Source of the DNA: Elusimicrobiota bacterium
GTDB taxonomy: Bacteria > Elusimicrobiota > Elusimicrobia > F11
Direction of reading: 5' to 3'
Assembly: GCA_044221725.1 (NCBI GenBank)
Contig: JBGAON010000002.1
Coordinates: 512,001-576,000, forward strand
DNA: 64,000 nucleotides
This document shows, piece by piece, positions 10,392 to 20,945 of the stretch. Position 1 is the first letter of the stretch, and each line of letters begins with the position of its first letter. The notes below the pieces were generated by a model. That model saw only the letters and a list, made by a program, of their open reading frames with translations, had not been told where the DNA came from and did not search any database. A program made the translations under genes and the position numbers.

Positions 10392-10487
10392 CGGCGCCGC
10401 CGCAGTTCCTTCAAGACTCTCGAATATGGGGTCATACCTTGAGTATCTCGCTCAACATCAAATCGGAAGGGCTTTAAAGGAGGTCGC

Positions 10488-10949
10488 GTGCGCTTTTTGG
10501 TTTCGGAAGTACGAACAGCAGGCCGCCTTGAACGAAAGGTATCAGTAGAACCGTCTACAGTGTTGGGTGTGGCGCCGGAGTTCGTTCAGTACAGGCATGC
10601 ACTGAACGTTTATGCCGAAGCGGTTTTGACAGGGACGGATATTGTCGTAACGGGCGAGATTTCGACCACATTTGGTTTTACGTGCGGTCGGTGCCTTGAA
10701 AACTACGAGCGTCCGTTTCGGGGAAAACTGCAACAGATTTATAGTTTGGATCAGAAGGAAATAGACATTTCGCCTGAAGTAAAGGAAGCGGTGTTACTCG
10801 AAATGCCGATTACACCGGTGTGTCACGAAGGTTGCAAAGGGCTTTGTGCGACGTGTGGCAAGAATAGAAATATCGCACCGTGCACATGCAAAGCCGTGGC
10901 AGAAAATCCAAAATGGTCCGCATTAAAAGATTTTCGATTTAAAAAATAG
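10488..10949 (+). CDS. yceD: YceD/DUF177 23S rRNA accumulation protein
   Basis: CGRCL and C...CKGLCATCG.N.N motifs; conserved position before rpmF; GGAGG RBS with GTG start. Confidence 0.85.
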   Translation: MRFLVSEVRTAGRLERKVSVEPSTVLGVAPEFVQYRHALNVYAEAVLTGTDIVVTGEISTTFGFTCGRCLENYERPFRGKLQQIYSLDQKEIDISPEVKEAVLLEMPITPVCHEGCKGLCATCGKNRNIAPCTCKAVAENPKWSALKDFRFKK

Positions 10950-10961
10950 CAGGGAGACATC

Positions 10962-11168
10962 ATGGCCAATCCGAAGAAAAAACATACACCAATGCGACGA
11001 GACATGCGGCGCTCAGCGAATTTCAAACTCACTGCCGCAAGCCTCTCGACCTGCCCACAATGCGGCAAAGGAATCTTGCCCCACCGTGTGTGCCAGTATT
11101 GCGGCTTCTACCGCGGAGAATTGGTTCTCGCACCGAAACAGGCGAAGAAGAAGCAAGAGGGCAACTAA
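10962..11168 (+). CDS. rpmF: 50S ribosomal protein L32
   Basis: MANPKKK...CPQCG...PHRVC..CGFY. Confidence 0.95.
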   Translation: MANPKKKHTPMRRDMRRSANFKLTAASLSTCPQCGKGILPHRVCQYCGFYRGELVLAPKQAKKKQEGN

Positions 11169-11171
11169 TTA

Positions 11172-12188
11172 ATGAAGATTGCACTGGACGCGATGGGAGG
11201 GGACTTGGGTTCCTCCGTGAACGTCCGTGGCGCTATCGAAGCTTGTCGTGAATGGCCGAATCTCGAGGTCGTTCTGGTCGGCAATCGTCAAGTCCTGACG
11301 AACGAAATTAAGTCCCACCACCTTTCGGCAAAAACAAAAATCGAAATCCACCATGCCGACGACATCGTCGGCATGCATGAGTCTCCGGTCGAAGCTTGCC
11401 GGACCAAACCGGATTCCAGCATTATGGTTTGCGCGAAACTGGTTGCGGAGGGGAAAGTCGACGGATTGGTTTCCGCCGGAAATTCTGGTGCGACCATGAC
11501 CGCTTCGTTGCTCCATCTGCGACGGCTCGAAGGAATCTCACGGCCAGCCATCGCGACCATCATGCCAACGCTGGACGGCCACTGTGTCGTGCTCGATATG
11601 GGCGCAAACATGGATTGCAAACCAAAACACCTTCTGCAGTTTGCGGTCATGGGATCCGTTTATTACCAAGCAATGTTCAAGAAACATAAACCGACGGTGG
11701 GTTTGCTATCGATCGGCGAAGAGGAAGGGAAAGGCAACGAACTCACACTTGAAACCCATTCACTCTTAAAAAACAGCGGACTAAATTACATCGGCAACGT
11801 GGAAGGCCGCGACATTCCCATGGGAAAAGCAGATGTGGTTGTTTGCGACGGGTTTGTTGGGAACGTGGTACTAAAGTTCGGCGAGGGTTTGGCTGAGGCG
11901 ATTATTAAACTCATGAAACGCGAACTGCAAGGTCATCCGCTGGCTCTTCTGGGTGGACTCATGGTAAAAGGCGTGCTCAGAAAAATCAAAAAGAAAGTGG
12001 ATCCGGCCGAATACGGCGGAGCCCCGCTTCTTGGTATCCAGGGAATTTCGATTGTTAGCCACGGAGGATCAAACGATTTTGCAATTAAGAACGCCCTGCG
12101 CGTCGCCGCGGAACTGATTGAAGATAACATCAACATGCATATCGCTTCACAACTGAAGAACACATCACAGAGTATTGTGCTCGCATAA
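11172..12188 (+). CDS. plsX: Phosphate acyltransferase PlsX
   Basis: IALDAMGGD, SAGNSGA, LDMGAN and VVCDGFVGN motifs. Confidence 0.95.
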   Translation: MKIALDAMGGDLGSSVNVRGAIEACREWPNLEVVLVGNRQVLTNEIKSHHLSAKTKIEIHHADDIVGMHESPVEACRTKPDSSIMVCAKLVAEGKVDGLVSAGNSGATMTASLLHLRRLEGISRPAIATIMPTLDGHCVVLDMGANMDCKPKHLLQFAVMGSVYYQAMFKKHKPTVGLLSIGEEEGKGNELTLETHSLLKNSGLNYIGNVEGRDIPMGKADVVVCDGFVGNVVLKFGEGLAEAIIKLMKRELQGHPLALLGGLMVKGVLRKIKKKVDPAEYGGAPLLGIQGISIVSHGGSNDFAIKNALRVAAELIEDNINMHIASQLKNTSQSIVLA

Positions 12189-13190
12189 ATGACCACTCGG
12201 AAAGTTCGCATCACGGGCACCGGCTCCGCGCTTCCTGAAAAAATCGTCACAAACGCCGATCTCTCGAAAATCGTTGAAACAACCGACGAATGGATTACAA
12301 CTCGCACAGGCATCAAAGAACGTCGCCTCGCGAGCGAGACAACAGCCACCTCCGATTTATCGATTCAAGCGGCGAAGCAGGCCTTAGCAGCGGCCGAACT
12401 TCCGGCGTCTGAACTGGATGTGATTATTGTTGCAACCTGTACGCCGGACCATTTTTTTCCATCGGTTGCCTGTTTGGTCCAGAAAGCGTTGGGGGCAAAG
12501 AAAGCTGCCGCGTTTGATGTCTCCGCTGCCTGTTCCGGGTTTCTTTATGCTCTCTCGGTTGGAAAAAGTTTGATCGAGTCAGGGGCGCACAAGAAGACTC
12601 TAATTATAGGAGCTGACTTGCTCAGCAAGTTCACGGACTGGAAAGACCGCTCCACGTGCGTGCTTTTTGGGGATGGCGCCGGCGCTATGGTTCTCGAATC
12701 CGACGAAACGAACGGTCCCTCCACTTCTCCAACAATTTTGGCTGTCGATCTCGGTGCCGATGGTTCCGAAACAGATATTTTGAAAATTCCTGGCGGCGGC
12801 TCGCGTCATCCGATGTCGGAAGAAAGCTTTAAAGAATTTCCTCCTTATATTCATATGGACGGGAAAGAAGTCTATAAGCACGCGGTGACCCGCATGATCG
12901 AAACAGCGGGCAAGGCGCTCGCCAAATGCGGCAAAAAACCGGAAGACTTGAGCCTTTTGATTCCGCACCAAGCAAACTTGCGCATCATCGAGTCCATCGC
13001 GAAACGCATGCAATTGCCGATGGAAAAAGTTTTCTTGAATATTCACAAATACGGGAACATGTCGGCTGCGACCACGATTGTCGCTTTGGACGAAGCGCGC
13101 CGCCGTGGCCAACTGAAAGCTGGCGACGTCGTTGAACTCATTGCGTTCGGTGCGGGCCTCACATGGGGAGCGGCGGTGATCCAATGGTAG
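12189..13190 (+). CDS. fabH: 3-oxoacyl-ACP synthase III
   Basis: AACSGF, FGDGAGA, PHQAN and YGN catalytic motifs. Confidence 0.95.
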   Translation: MTTRKVRITGTGSALPEKIVTNADLSKIVETTDEWITTRTGIKERRLASETTATSDLSIQAAKQALAAAELPASELDVIIVATCTPDHFFPSVACLVQKALGAKKAAAFDVSAACSGFLYALSVGKSLIESGAHKKTLIIGADLLSKFTDWKDRSTCVLFGDGAGAMVLESDETNGPSTSPTILAVDLGADGSETDILKIPGGGSRHPMSEESFKEFPPYIHMDGKEVYKHAVTRMIETAGKALAKCGKKPEDLSLLIPHQANLRIIESIAKRMQLPMEKVFLNIHKYGNMSAATTIVALDEARRRGQLKAGDVVELIAFGAGLTWGAAVIQW

Positions 13191-14170
13191 GAAAGATCGC
13201 ATTCTTATTTCCGGGACAGGGCTCACAAGCCATTGGAATGGGCAAGAGCGCATTCGAACGGTCCCAAAACGTGAAAAACCTTTTTGAAAAGGCAAACGAA
13301 CAGCTTGGGTTCTCGCTTTCGGCTTTGATGTTCGAAGGCCCCGAAGACAAACTGAAAGATACCTCCATCACACAACCAGCCCTTTTTACCGCCAGCGCAG
13401 CAGCGCTCGAATTACTGAAAGAAAAACACGTTCACCCATCGTTTGCGGCGGGCCATTCGCTCGGGGAATATTCCGCGCTGTATGCGGCCGGTGTTTTTTC
13501 GTTTGAGGAAGGACTTTTTCTCGTACGCGAGCGCGGAAAGCTGATGAACGAAGCCGGCGCAGCGAAACCCGGCACAATGGCCGCCATCATTGGATTGGAC
13601 GCAGCAAAAGTCGAAGAAGCGTGTACGAACGCTTCGACCGCCGAAGCCGCCTGTTCACCCGCCAATTTTAATTCGGAATCGCAGATCGTCATTTCGGGAT
13701 CGACACCCGCGGTTCTTAAAGCAATGGAGCTTGCACAAGCAGCCGGAGCCGCCAAGGTGATTCAGCTAAACGTGAGCGGCGCCTTCCATTCTTCGTTGAT
13801 GAGCGACGCCGCTTTAAAGATGAAGGCGATTCTTGAGAAAGTAAATTTCAGAGATGCATCGTTCCCGGTCGTCACAAACGTGGACGCGGCTCCAACCCAA
13901 AAGGCGAACGAGTTCAAAGAAAAACTATTTCAACAGATCGACCACTCGGTCCGTTGGCACGAATCCATGAAAAAGATTGTCGAGTTGGGCACGGAGACGT
14001 TTGTGGAAGTTGGGTCCGGAAAAGTTTTGGGAACGATGGCGAAAAAGCTCGACCGAAAGAAAACCGTTTTGTTTACCGATGAATTGAATGATTCGTCATC
14101 CTGGAATGTCTTAATCCAGGATCCAATTGAAATGGACCCTGGATTAAAGATTTCCAGGGTGACACATTAA
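13184..14170 (+). CDS. fabD: Malonyl-CoA:ACP transacylase with a repeat-derived C-terminal tail
   Basis: FPGQGSQ, GHSLGEYSA and SGAFHS motifs; the last ~24 codons are a palindromic element. Confidence 0.95.
   Translation: MVGKIAFLFPGQGSQAIGMGKSAFERSQNVKNLFEKANEQLGFSLSALMFEGPEDKLKDTSITQPALFTASAAALELLKEKHVHPSFAAGHSLGEYSALYAAGVFSFEEGLFLVRERGKLMNEAGAAKPGTMAAIIGLDAAKVEEACTNASTAEAACSPANFNSESQIVISGSTPAVLKAMELAQAAGAAKVIQLNVSGAFHSSLMSDAALKMKAILEKVNFRDASFPVVTNVDAAPTQKANEFKEKLFQQIDHSVRWHESMKKIVELGTETFVEVGSGKVLGTMAKKLDRKKTVLFTDELNDSSSWNVLIQDPIEMDPGLKISRVTH
14095..14163. repeat. Palindromic element family A (GTCATCCTGG...CCAGGGTGAC) inside the fabD 3' end
   Basis: GTCATCCTGGAATGTCTTAATCCAGGATCCA is an imperfect inverted repeat of TGGACCCTGGATTAAAGATTTCCAGGGTGAC; related copies at 32764, 35481, 50877 and 53607. 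Confidence 0.85.
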
Positions 14171-14180
14171 GGAGCTTCGA

Positions 14181-14924
14181 ATGCGTTTAAAGGATAAAGT
14201 TGCTGTTATTACCGGTGGTGGCCAGGGCATTGGCCGCACGATTGCCGAAACCTATGCTCGCGAGGGCGCAAAACTGGCTTTGTTTGACGTTGTTGAAGAT
14301 ACCGTAAAGAAAACCGCCGACGAAATTAAAGCTCATTACAACGTCGACACGTTCGCTGCGAAGGTGGACGTCACAAAATTCGACGATGTGGAAGCAGGAA
14401 TGAAGCGTGTTGTTGACACATTTGGGAAAATTGATGTATTAGTCAACAACGCTGGCATCACAAAAGATAATTTGGTTTTGCGGATGTCGGACATGGAATG
14501 GGATGCAGTTCTTGCTGTAAATCTCAAAGGTCCTTTCAATTGCACCAAAGCGGTGTTTTCACCCATGAGAAAAGCGGGCGGGGGGCGAATCATCAACATC
14601 AGCTCCATCGTGGGACTTATGGGAAATGCAGGTCAGGCCAACTATTCGGCTTCGAAAGGCGGATTGGTGGCAATGACCAAAACCTGTGCCCGCGAATTTT
14701 CAAAGAAAAATATTTTGGTCAATGCGATCGCGCCGGGTTTCATTCGCACAGCGATGACCGATAAATTGTCGGACGAAGTGAAGAGAGCGTTAGCGGCGCA
14801 AATTCCGCTGGAACGGCTCGGAGAAGCACAAGACGTCGCAAACGCCGCACTGTTTTTAGCTTCAGATGAATCTTCCTATATCACGGGACATGTGATCTCA
14901 GTGAATGGGGGAATGTACATGTAG
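14181..14924 (+). CDS. fabG: 3-oxoacyl-ACP reductase
   Basis: TGGGQGIG, NNAGIT and YSASK motifs; fab operon context. Confidence 0.95.
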   Translation: MRLKDKVAVITGGGQGIGRTIAETYAREGAKLALFDVVEDTVKKTADEIKAHYNVDTFAAKVDVTKFDDVEAGMKRVVDTFGKIDVLVNNAGITKDNLVLRMSDMEWDAVLAVNLKGPFNCTKAVFSPMRKAGGGRIINISSIVGLMGNAGQANYSASKGGLVAMTKTCAREFSKKNILVNAIAPGFIRTAMTDKLSDEVKRALAAQIPLERLGEAQDVANAALFLASDESSYITGHVISVNGGMYM

Positions 14925-15012
14925 GAACCAGGATTTGGGAGTTCGGATAAAAACGGATCCTAAATCCCAAGCCCTGGGAAAAAAATTCAGTCTAAGTTTA
15001 GGGAGGACGTAA

Positions 15013-15252
15013 ATGTCTGCAGAAATCGAACAAAAAGTGAAAGATATTATTGTTGAACAACTCGGTGTGGATGCCGCCGAAGTGAAGCCAGAAGCGTCGT
15101 TCGTAAACGATTTGGGTGCCGACTCATTGGACACCGTTGAACTCGTTATGGCGCTCGAAGAGTCGTTTGATATGGAAATTCCTGACGAAGAAGCGGAAAA
15201 GATTCAAACCGTTGGTCAGGCGATCGACTACATCAAAAACCACAAGAAATAA
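15013..15252 (+). CDS. acpP: Acyl carrier protein
   Basis: [12 protein letters not shown]. Confidence 0.97.
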   Translation: MSAEIEQKVKDIIVEQLGVDAAEVKPEASFVNDLGADSLDTVELVMALEESFDMEIPDEEAEKIQTVGQAIDYIKNHKK

Positions 15253-15316
15253 GCCCCCAATTCAACCTCAGTAAATCTCGACGGACTTCCACTCAGGTGG
15301 AAGCTGGCCATTATTT

Positions 15317-16564
15317 ATGAAAAAAGTAGTCATCACAGGCGTTGGCGTGGTGAGCCCGATTGGTATTGGGAAAGAAGCCTATTGGTCTTCTCTTTCCAGA
15401 GGCCAGCATGGGTTTAGCCGCATAACGCGATTCGACGTTTCAAAATACCCCTGCCAAATTCATGCGGACGTAAAGAACTTTGACGTCACGCAGTACGGTG
15501 TCGACAAAAAAGGGGCGCGCCGCATGGACCTGTTCACGCAGTTTGCAATGGCCGCTGCCAAAATGGCCGTGCAAGACGCGGGACTCGATCCAACGAAAGT
15601 TGATCCGGAACGCGCTGGCGTCATCGTCGGTTCCGGAATCGGCGGATTGCCAACCATTGAAGCGCAACATTCGGTACTGCTCGAGAAAGGCGTCAATCGC
15701 GTTACACCGTTCTTGATTCCGATGTTGATCACGAACATCGCTCCCGGCGAGATCGCGATTGATCTGGGGTTTGTTGGTCCGAATTACTCGTGCTCATCGG
15801 CGTGCGCAACGGCAAACCAATCAATTGGTGCCGCCTTGAGGCATTTGCGATACGGCGATGCGGACGTGATGATTGCCGGAGGAACCGAAGGCGCGATCAC
15901 ACCGCTGGGTGTCGCGGGTTTCTGCCAAGCGCAGGCGTTAACATTCGATTTCAACGAGAATCCCGCTGCCGCAAGCCGCCCATTCGACAAAAACCGTTCG
16001 GGGTTTGTCATGGGAGAAGGTGCCGGAATCGTTGTGTTGGAAACCGAAGAGCACGCGAAGAAACGCGGTGCCCGCATTTACGCGGAACTTGCGGGCTACG
16101 GCGCGACGGACGATGCGTACCACATCACGGCGCCCAGCCCCGAGGGAAAGGCTGCTGTGAAAGCACTGAAGCTGGCGCTCGAAGACGGTGGCATTAACGC
16201 TGATGAGATTGACTACATTAACGCGCATGGAACATCGACACCGTTAAACGATAAAACCGAAACCAAAGTCATCAAAATGGTTTTTGGTGAACGCGCGAAG
16301 AAGATTCCGATTTCATCAACAAAATCGATGACGGGACATTTGTTAGGCGCCGCGGGCGGAGTGGAACTTATTGCGACGTTGTTGAGCATGGAACACAACC
16401 TTATTCACCCGACGATCAATTACGAAACGCCCGATCCGGAATGCGATTTGGATTACGTACCGAACGTCGCACGGCCGGGGAAAATTACGTGCGCATTGTC
16501 GAACTCTTTGGGATTTGGCGGACACAACGCGGTTTTGGTCGTCAAGAAGTATGGCCACGCCTGA
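15317..16564 (+). CDS. fabF: 3-oxoacyl-ACP synthase II
   Basis: SACAT, NAHGTST, KSMTGH and GFGGHN motifs. Confidence 0.95.
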   Translation: MKKVVITGVGVVSPIGIGKEAYWSSLSRGQHGFSRITRFDVSKYPCQIHADVKNFDVTQYGVDKKGARRMDLFTQFAMAAAKMAVQDAGLDPTKVDPERAGVIVGSGIGGLPTIEAQHSVLLEKGVNRVTPFLIPMLITNIAPGEIAIDLGFVGPNYSCSSACATANQSIGAALRHLRYGDADVMIAGGTEGAITPLGVAGFCQAQALTFDFNENPAAASRPFDKNRSGFVMGEGAGIVVLETEEHAKKRGARIYAELAGYGATDDAYHITAPSPEGKAAVKALKLALEDGGINADEIDYINAHGTSTPLNDKTETKVIKMVFGERAKKIPISSTKSMTGHLLGAAGGVELIATLLSMEHNLIHPTINYETPDPECDLDYVPNVARPGKITCALSNSLGFGGHNAVLVVKKYGHA

Positions 16565-17228
16565 TCTGGGCGTAATTGAAAAGAAAATACGCGTTAAATT
16601 CCAGGACCGGAAGTTACTGGAAGAAGCTTTCACACACAAGTCGTATTCGATCGAGCACAACGTCCCGTCCAACAACGAGCGACTCGAGTTTCTTGGCGAT
16701 AGCATCATCGCCGCGGTCGTAGCGCACTGGTTGTTTAAGAAATTCCCGAACGTCGACGAAGGTCGGCTTTCGAAGATGAAATCCCAAATTGTTTCGCGCA
16801 ACAATTTGAGTTTGTGGGCCGATGACTTGGACCTGGGCACGTACCTTTTCTTAAGTCAAGGTGAAGAAGCCACCGGTGGCCGAAAAAGGGAAAGTCTTCT
16901 CGGTAACGTTTATGAAGCACTGGTGGGGGCGATCTTTTTGGATCAAGGTTTTCCGCCGGCACAAAAATTTATTCTGCGGCATTTAGCGAAGAAAAAACGG
17001 ATCGTCGAGAACGATTTCAAGAGCAAACTGCAAGAGATCGTGCAGAAGAAATACAAAGCACCACCGGTCTACACAGTGATCGCCGAAACGGGGCCCGATC
17101 ACGAAAAGAAATTTACACTCGAAGTTTGCATCAAACAACGTGTGCTGGGAAGCGGCGAGGGCCGCTCGAAAAAAGAAGCGGAGCAGATGGCCGCGAAAGA
17201 AGCTTTAAAAGTGTTACGAAGTGCTTAG
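16551..17228 (+). CDS. rnc: Ribonuclease III
   Basis: NERLEFLGDS signature and C-terminal dsRBD; ATG 16551 preferred as the start. Confidence 0.95.
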   Translation: MATPDLGVIEKKIRVKFQDRKLLEEAFTHKSYSIEHNVPSNNERLEFLGDSIIAAVVAHWLFKKFPNVDEGRLSKMKSQIVSRNNLSLWADDLDLGTYLFLSQGEEATGGRKRESLLGNVYEALVGAIFLDQGFPPAQKFILRHLAKKKRIVENDFKSKLQEIVQKKYKAPPVYTVIAETGPDHEKKFTLEVCIKQRVLGSGEGRSKKEAEQMAAKEALKVLRSA

Positions 17229-17237
17229 GAGGCATTT

Positions 17238-18467
17238 GTGGACTACGGTTTAACAGAAGAACAACGAGCAATCATCGAAATCGCCAAAGAAATCGGCGAA
17301 AAGAAAATAAAGCCGATTCGCATGGAGTGCGACGAACACGAAAAATTTCCGTGGTCCGTGGTTGAAGAAATGAGAAAAGCCGATTTGTTCGGTGTCTACA
17401 TTCATCCGAATTACGGTGGACTTGGTGGCGGCGGATTCGAACTCGTGTTGGCGGTGGAAGAACTTTCCCGCGCGTGCGGTGGTATTGCTCTTGCTCTGGC
17501 GGCTTCGGCCCTCGGAGCGTTTCCAATCATCCTTTACGGAACGCCGGAACAAAAGAAAAAATATCTTCCGGACATTGCCTCCGGTAAAAAATTGGCCGCG
17601 TTCTGTATCACAGAACCGGAAGCTGGATCCGATGCAACCGCCACCCGCGCTACGGCTCGCAAAGAAGGCGACTATTATATTTTGAACGGTCTCAAAAACT
17701 TCTGCTCGAATGGCGAAGCCGCAGAAACCTATACAACGTTCTTGTCGACAAACTTGTCGCGCGGCGCGCGTGGTATCACGTGTTTTGTGATCGAAAAAGG
17801 AACTCCCGGTTTCGGATTCGGAAAGAAAGAACAGAAAATGGGAATTCGCGCTAGCAACACGTACGAACTCACGTTCGACAATTGCAAAGTCCACAAAGAC
17901 CAAGTGATCGGTGGCGAGGGGAAAGGATTGTTTGTCGCTCAAGCAACGTTCGACATTTCGCGTCCCGGCGTGGCGAGCCAAGCGCTGGGCATCGCGCAAG
18001 GCGCGTTCGACGAAGTTTTGCAATACGGTCGCATGCGCAAGCAATTCGGCCAGAATATTCTGTCGTTCCAATCGAGCCAACACATGATTGCGGACATGGC
18101 CACTTCCATCGAAGCGGGTCGGGCTCTTTTGTACAGCGTGACCAGGGGAATGGACAAAACTTTTGTCCAAGCGATCGACAACGCCGAAAAGTCTGGCGGA
18201 TTTGTGGCCGACGAAATGAAAAAACTTTCGCGCCGTCGTTGGACGAAGGAGTCCGGCATGGTGAAATTGTATTGCTCGGACATGGCGATGAAGGTTTCAA
18301 CGGACGCGGTGCAACTCGCGGGCGGTATTGGCTACATGCGCGACTTCCCAATCGAGAAATACATGCGCGACGCAAAAATTACGCAGATTTACGAAGGCAC
18401 AAACCAAATTCAACGCAACGAAATTGGCATGACCATCACCAAAGAGTTGGCGGGCGCAAAAGAATAA
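17238..18467 (+). CDS. Acyl-CoA (butyryl-CoA-like) dehydrogenase
   Basis: ITEPEAGSD, KMGIR, R.QFG and RDAKITQIYEGTNQIQ motifs; GTG start with AGGAGG RBS. Confidence 0.9.
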   Translation: MDYGLTEEQRAIIEIAKEIGEKKIKPIRMECDEHEKFPWSVVEEMRKADLFGVYIHPNYGGLGGGGFELVLAVEELSRACGGIALALAASALGAFPIILYGTPEQKKKYLPDIASGKKLAAFCITEPEAGSDATATRATARKEGDYYILNGLKNFCSNGEAAETYTTFLSTNLSRGARGITCFVIEKGTPGFGFGKKEQKMGIRASNTYELTFDNCKVHKDQVIGGEGKGLFVAQATFDISRPGVASQALGIAQGAFDEVLQYGRMRKQFGQNILSFQSSQHMIADMATSIEAGRALLYSVTRGMDKTFVQAIDNAEKSGGFVADEMKKLSRRRWTKESGMVKLYCSDMAMKVSTDAVQLAGGIGYMRDFPIEKYMRDAKITQIYEGTNQIQRNEIGMTITKELAGAKE

Positions 18468-18521
18468 AGTAGATTCGAAATCTCCCAACCAACCAAATTA
18501 CCGAAGGAAAACTATTCTTCC

Positions 18522-19346
18522 ATGCATATTGTTACTTGTATCAAGCAAACACCGGCAACGGACAATGTACAGATTGATCCGGAAACGGGAACCTTAAAAC
18601 GCGAGGGAATGGCAGCGGCCATTAACCCATTCGATGAATACGGAATTGAAGAAGCGGTTCGATTGAAGGAACGCGTCGGAGGCGATTCGACGGTTTCGTG
18701 TCTCACCATGGGCCCACCCCAAGCCGAACAAGCGTTGCGCGATGCGATTAGCCGAGGAGCCGATCAAGGCTTCCATGTGTGCGGACGGGAATTTGCCGGA
18801 GCTGATACGTGGGCAACGTCCTACACTCTGTTCAAAGCTCTCCAAAAAATTCACAAAGAATTCAAACCGATCGATCTCATCATTTGCGGCAAACAAACCA
18901 ACGACGGTGACACGGGCCACATCGGTCCGGGATTGGCCGCGTGGTTGGATTATCCGAATGTCGCCTACGTGCGCAAAGTGGAAGACATTAAATCCAACGG
19001 CATTGGGAAGGGCGGAACTATTACCGTTCACCGCATGATGGAAGACGGAACCGATGTTCTTGAAATGGATTTGCCGGCCGTGATTGCAGTCGTTAAAGAA
19101 ATCAACGAGCCGCGCGTTCCCTCTCTGAAAGGCAAAATGAACGCGAAAAAAGCGGAAATTCCGAAATGGGATGCCGCCGCGATCGGTGCAAACATGGCGT
19201 GCGTCGGGCTTAAAGGTTCTCCGACCATCGTTGCAAAAAGTTTTCGCCCACCAATGAAAACCGGAGGCGTCGCGATTGAAGGTGCGAGCGCCGAGGAGAA
19301 AGCCAAAAATTTGGTCAGCAAACTCAAAGAGCTACATTTAATTTAA
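18522..19346 (+). CDS. etfB: Electron transfer flavoprotein subunit beta
   Basis: INPFD, TMGPPQA, GADTWATS and DGDTG motifs. Confidence 0.92.
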   Translation: MHIVTCIKQTPATDNVQIDPETGTLKREGMAAAINPFDEYGIEEAVRLKERVGGDSTVSCLTMGPPQAEQALRDAISRGADQGFHVCGREFAGADTWATSYTLFKALQKIHKEFKPIDLIICGKQTNDGDTGHIGPGLAAWLDYPNVAYVRKVEDIKSNGIGKGGTITVHRMMEDGTDVLEMDLPAVIAVVKEINEPRVPSLKGKMNAKKAEIPKWDAAAIGANMACVGLKGSPTIVAKSFRPPMKTGGVAIEGASAEEKAKNLVSKLKELHLI

Positions 19347-19365
19347 GGAAACCAGGACAAAAGAA

Positions 19366-20397
19366 ATGTCAGAAGAATCAATTCTCGCCATACCAATCGA
19401 ACCACAAAATCACAAAGATGTTTGGATTTTTGCCGAGGTCCGGCACGGAAAGCTTATGCCGACCGCGTCCGAACTTCTCAATATCGGAAAAACTCTTGCC
19501 AAAGATTTGAACGAAAAACTTTGCGCGGTGATTATCGGTAAAAATGTTTCGCAACACGCCACCGCGCTGACGGAACTCGGTGCGGACAAAGTGTATGTAA
19601 TCGAACACGACAGTCTCGAACAGTTCGTCGATGAGACGTACGCGAATTTGCTTGTCGATCTGATGATCAAAGAAAAGCCGAACAAACTTTTAATGCCAGC
19701 CTCCATCACAGGCCGTTCGTTCGGAAGCCGCGTGGCCGTGCAAGCGAATACCGGCATTACAGCCGACGCGACCGAGCTAAATATCAATAAAGAAAAAGGC
19801 GGCGTGCTGAACGCAATTCGACCGTCCTTCGGTGGCACACTGATGGCAACGATTCTTTGTATTCGCGGGCATCGTCCGGAAATGGTGACAGTTCGCCCAA
19901 TGGCTTTTCCTGCGGGTACGCCAGAAAAAGGACGCACCGGTGAAATGGTCAAAGTGCCGGTCGATCTTTCAAAATTTAAGTCACGCGAACGTCACGTAAA
20001 GTTTATTCCCGAGGCGTCGCAGGAAGTGGACATTTCGGGAGCCAATACGATTGTTGCAGGCGGGTACGGAATTGGAAGCGCTGAAGGTTTCAAGCCGCTC
20101 GTCGAGCTTGCGAAAACGATGGGCGCCGCCGTTGGAGCTAGCCGTCGCGCCGTTGATGCAGGTTGGATTCCCTATCGGCATCAAGTTGGTCTGACGGGCC
20201 GCGTGGTTCGTCCGAAACTTTATATTGCGGTAGGAATTTCGGGACAGATTCAACATCTGGCGGGAATGAATTCTTCCGACACGATTGTCGCGATCAACAC
20301 GGATCCCGAAGCACCGCTCATGAAGCTGGCAACGTTTTCTGTGCAGGGCGATTTCAAAGAAATCTTGCCTGCAATTCAAAAAGAACTCGCACGCTAA
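19366..20397 (+). CDS. etfA: Electron transfer flavoprotein subunit alpha
   Basis: GASR, QVGLTG and P.LYIA.GISG.IQH..GM motifs. Confidence 0.92.
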   Translation: MSEESILAIPIEPQNHKDVWIFAEVRHGKLMPTASELLNIGKTLAKDLNEKLCAVIIGKNVSQHATALTELGADKVYVIEHDSLEQFVDETYANLLVDLMIKEKPNKLLMPASITGRSFGSRVAVQANTGITADATELNINKEKGGVLNAIRPSFGGTLMATILCIRGHRPEMVTVRPMAFPAGTPEKGRTGEMVKVPVDLSKFKSRERHVKFIPEASQEVDISGANTIVAGGYGIGSAEGFKPLVELAKTMGAAVGASRRAVDAGWIPYRHQVGLTGRVVRPKLYIAVGISGQIQHLAGMNSSDTIVAINTDPEAPLMKLATFSVQGDFKEILPAIQKELAR

Positions 20398-20418
20398 AAT
20401 AATTTGTTATTGTTTTAA

Positions 20419-20769
<351 letters not shown>

Positions 20770-20801
20770 GTCTTCAAGCATCGATCGCCGCAAGGCGAAC
20801 A

Positions 20802-20842
20802 GGAAAACCCTCTCTTCCGAACAGGTAGAGAGGGTTTTTTCT
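20802..20842 (+). terminator. Intrinsic terminator after the ferredoxin
   Basis: AAAACCCTCTCT...AGAGAGGGTTTT hairpin followed by a T-run. Confidence 0.75.
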
Positions 20843-20945
20843 TGCAATTCTCAGATGATCCCGTTACAATGCCTCGCAGTTTTTCGCTACAGGTGGTGTT
20901 TCCGATAACGATTCACCACAAAATATAGCCAGGGGGCCCTCCGGC

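Noticed and set aside
14928..14977. Imperfect inverted repeat between fabG and acpP
   Set aside because: It is single-copy in the window and not clearly related to families A-D; probably an ordinary stabilising hairpin.
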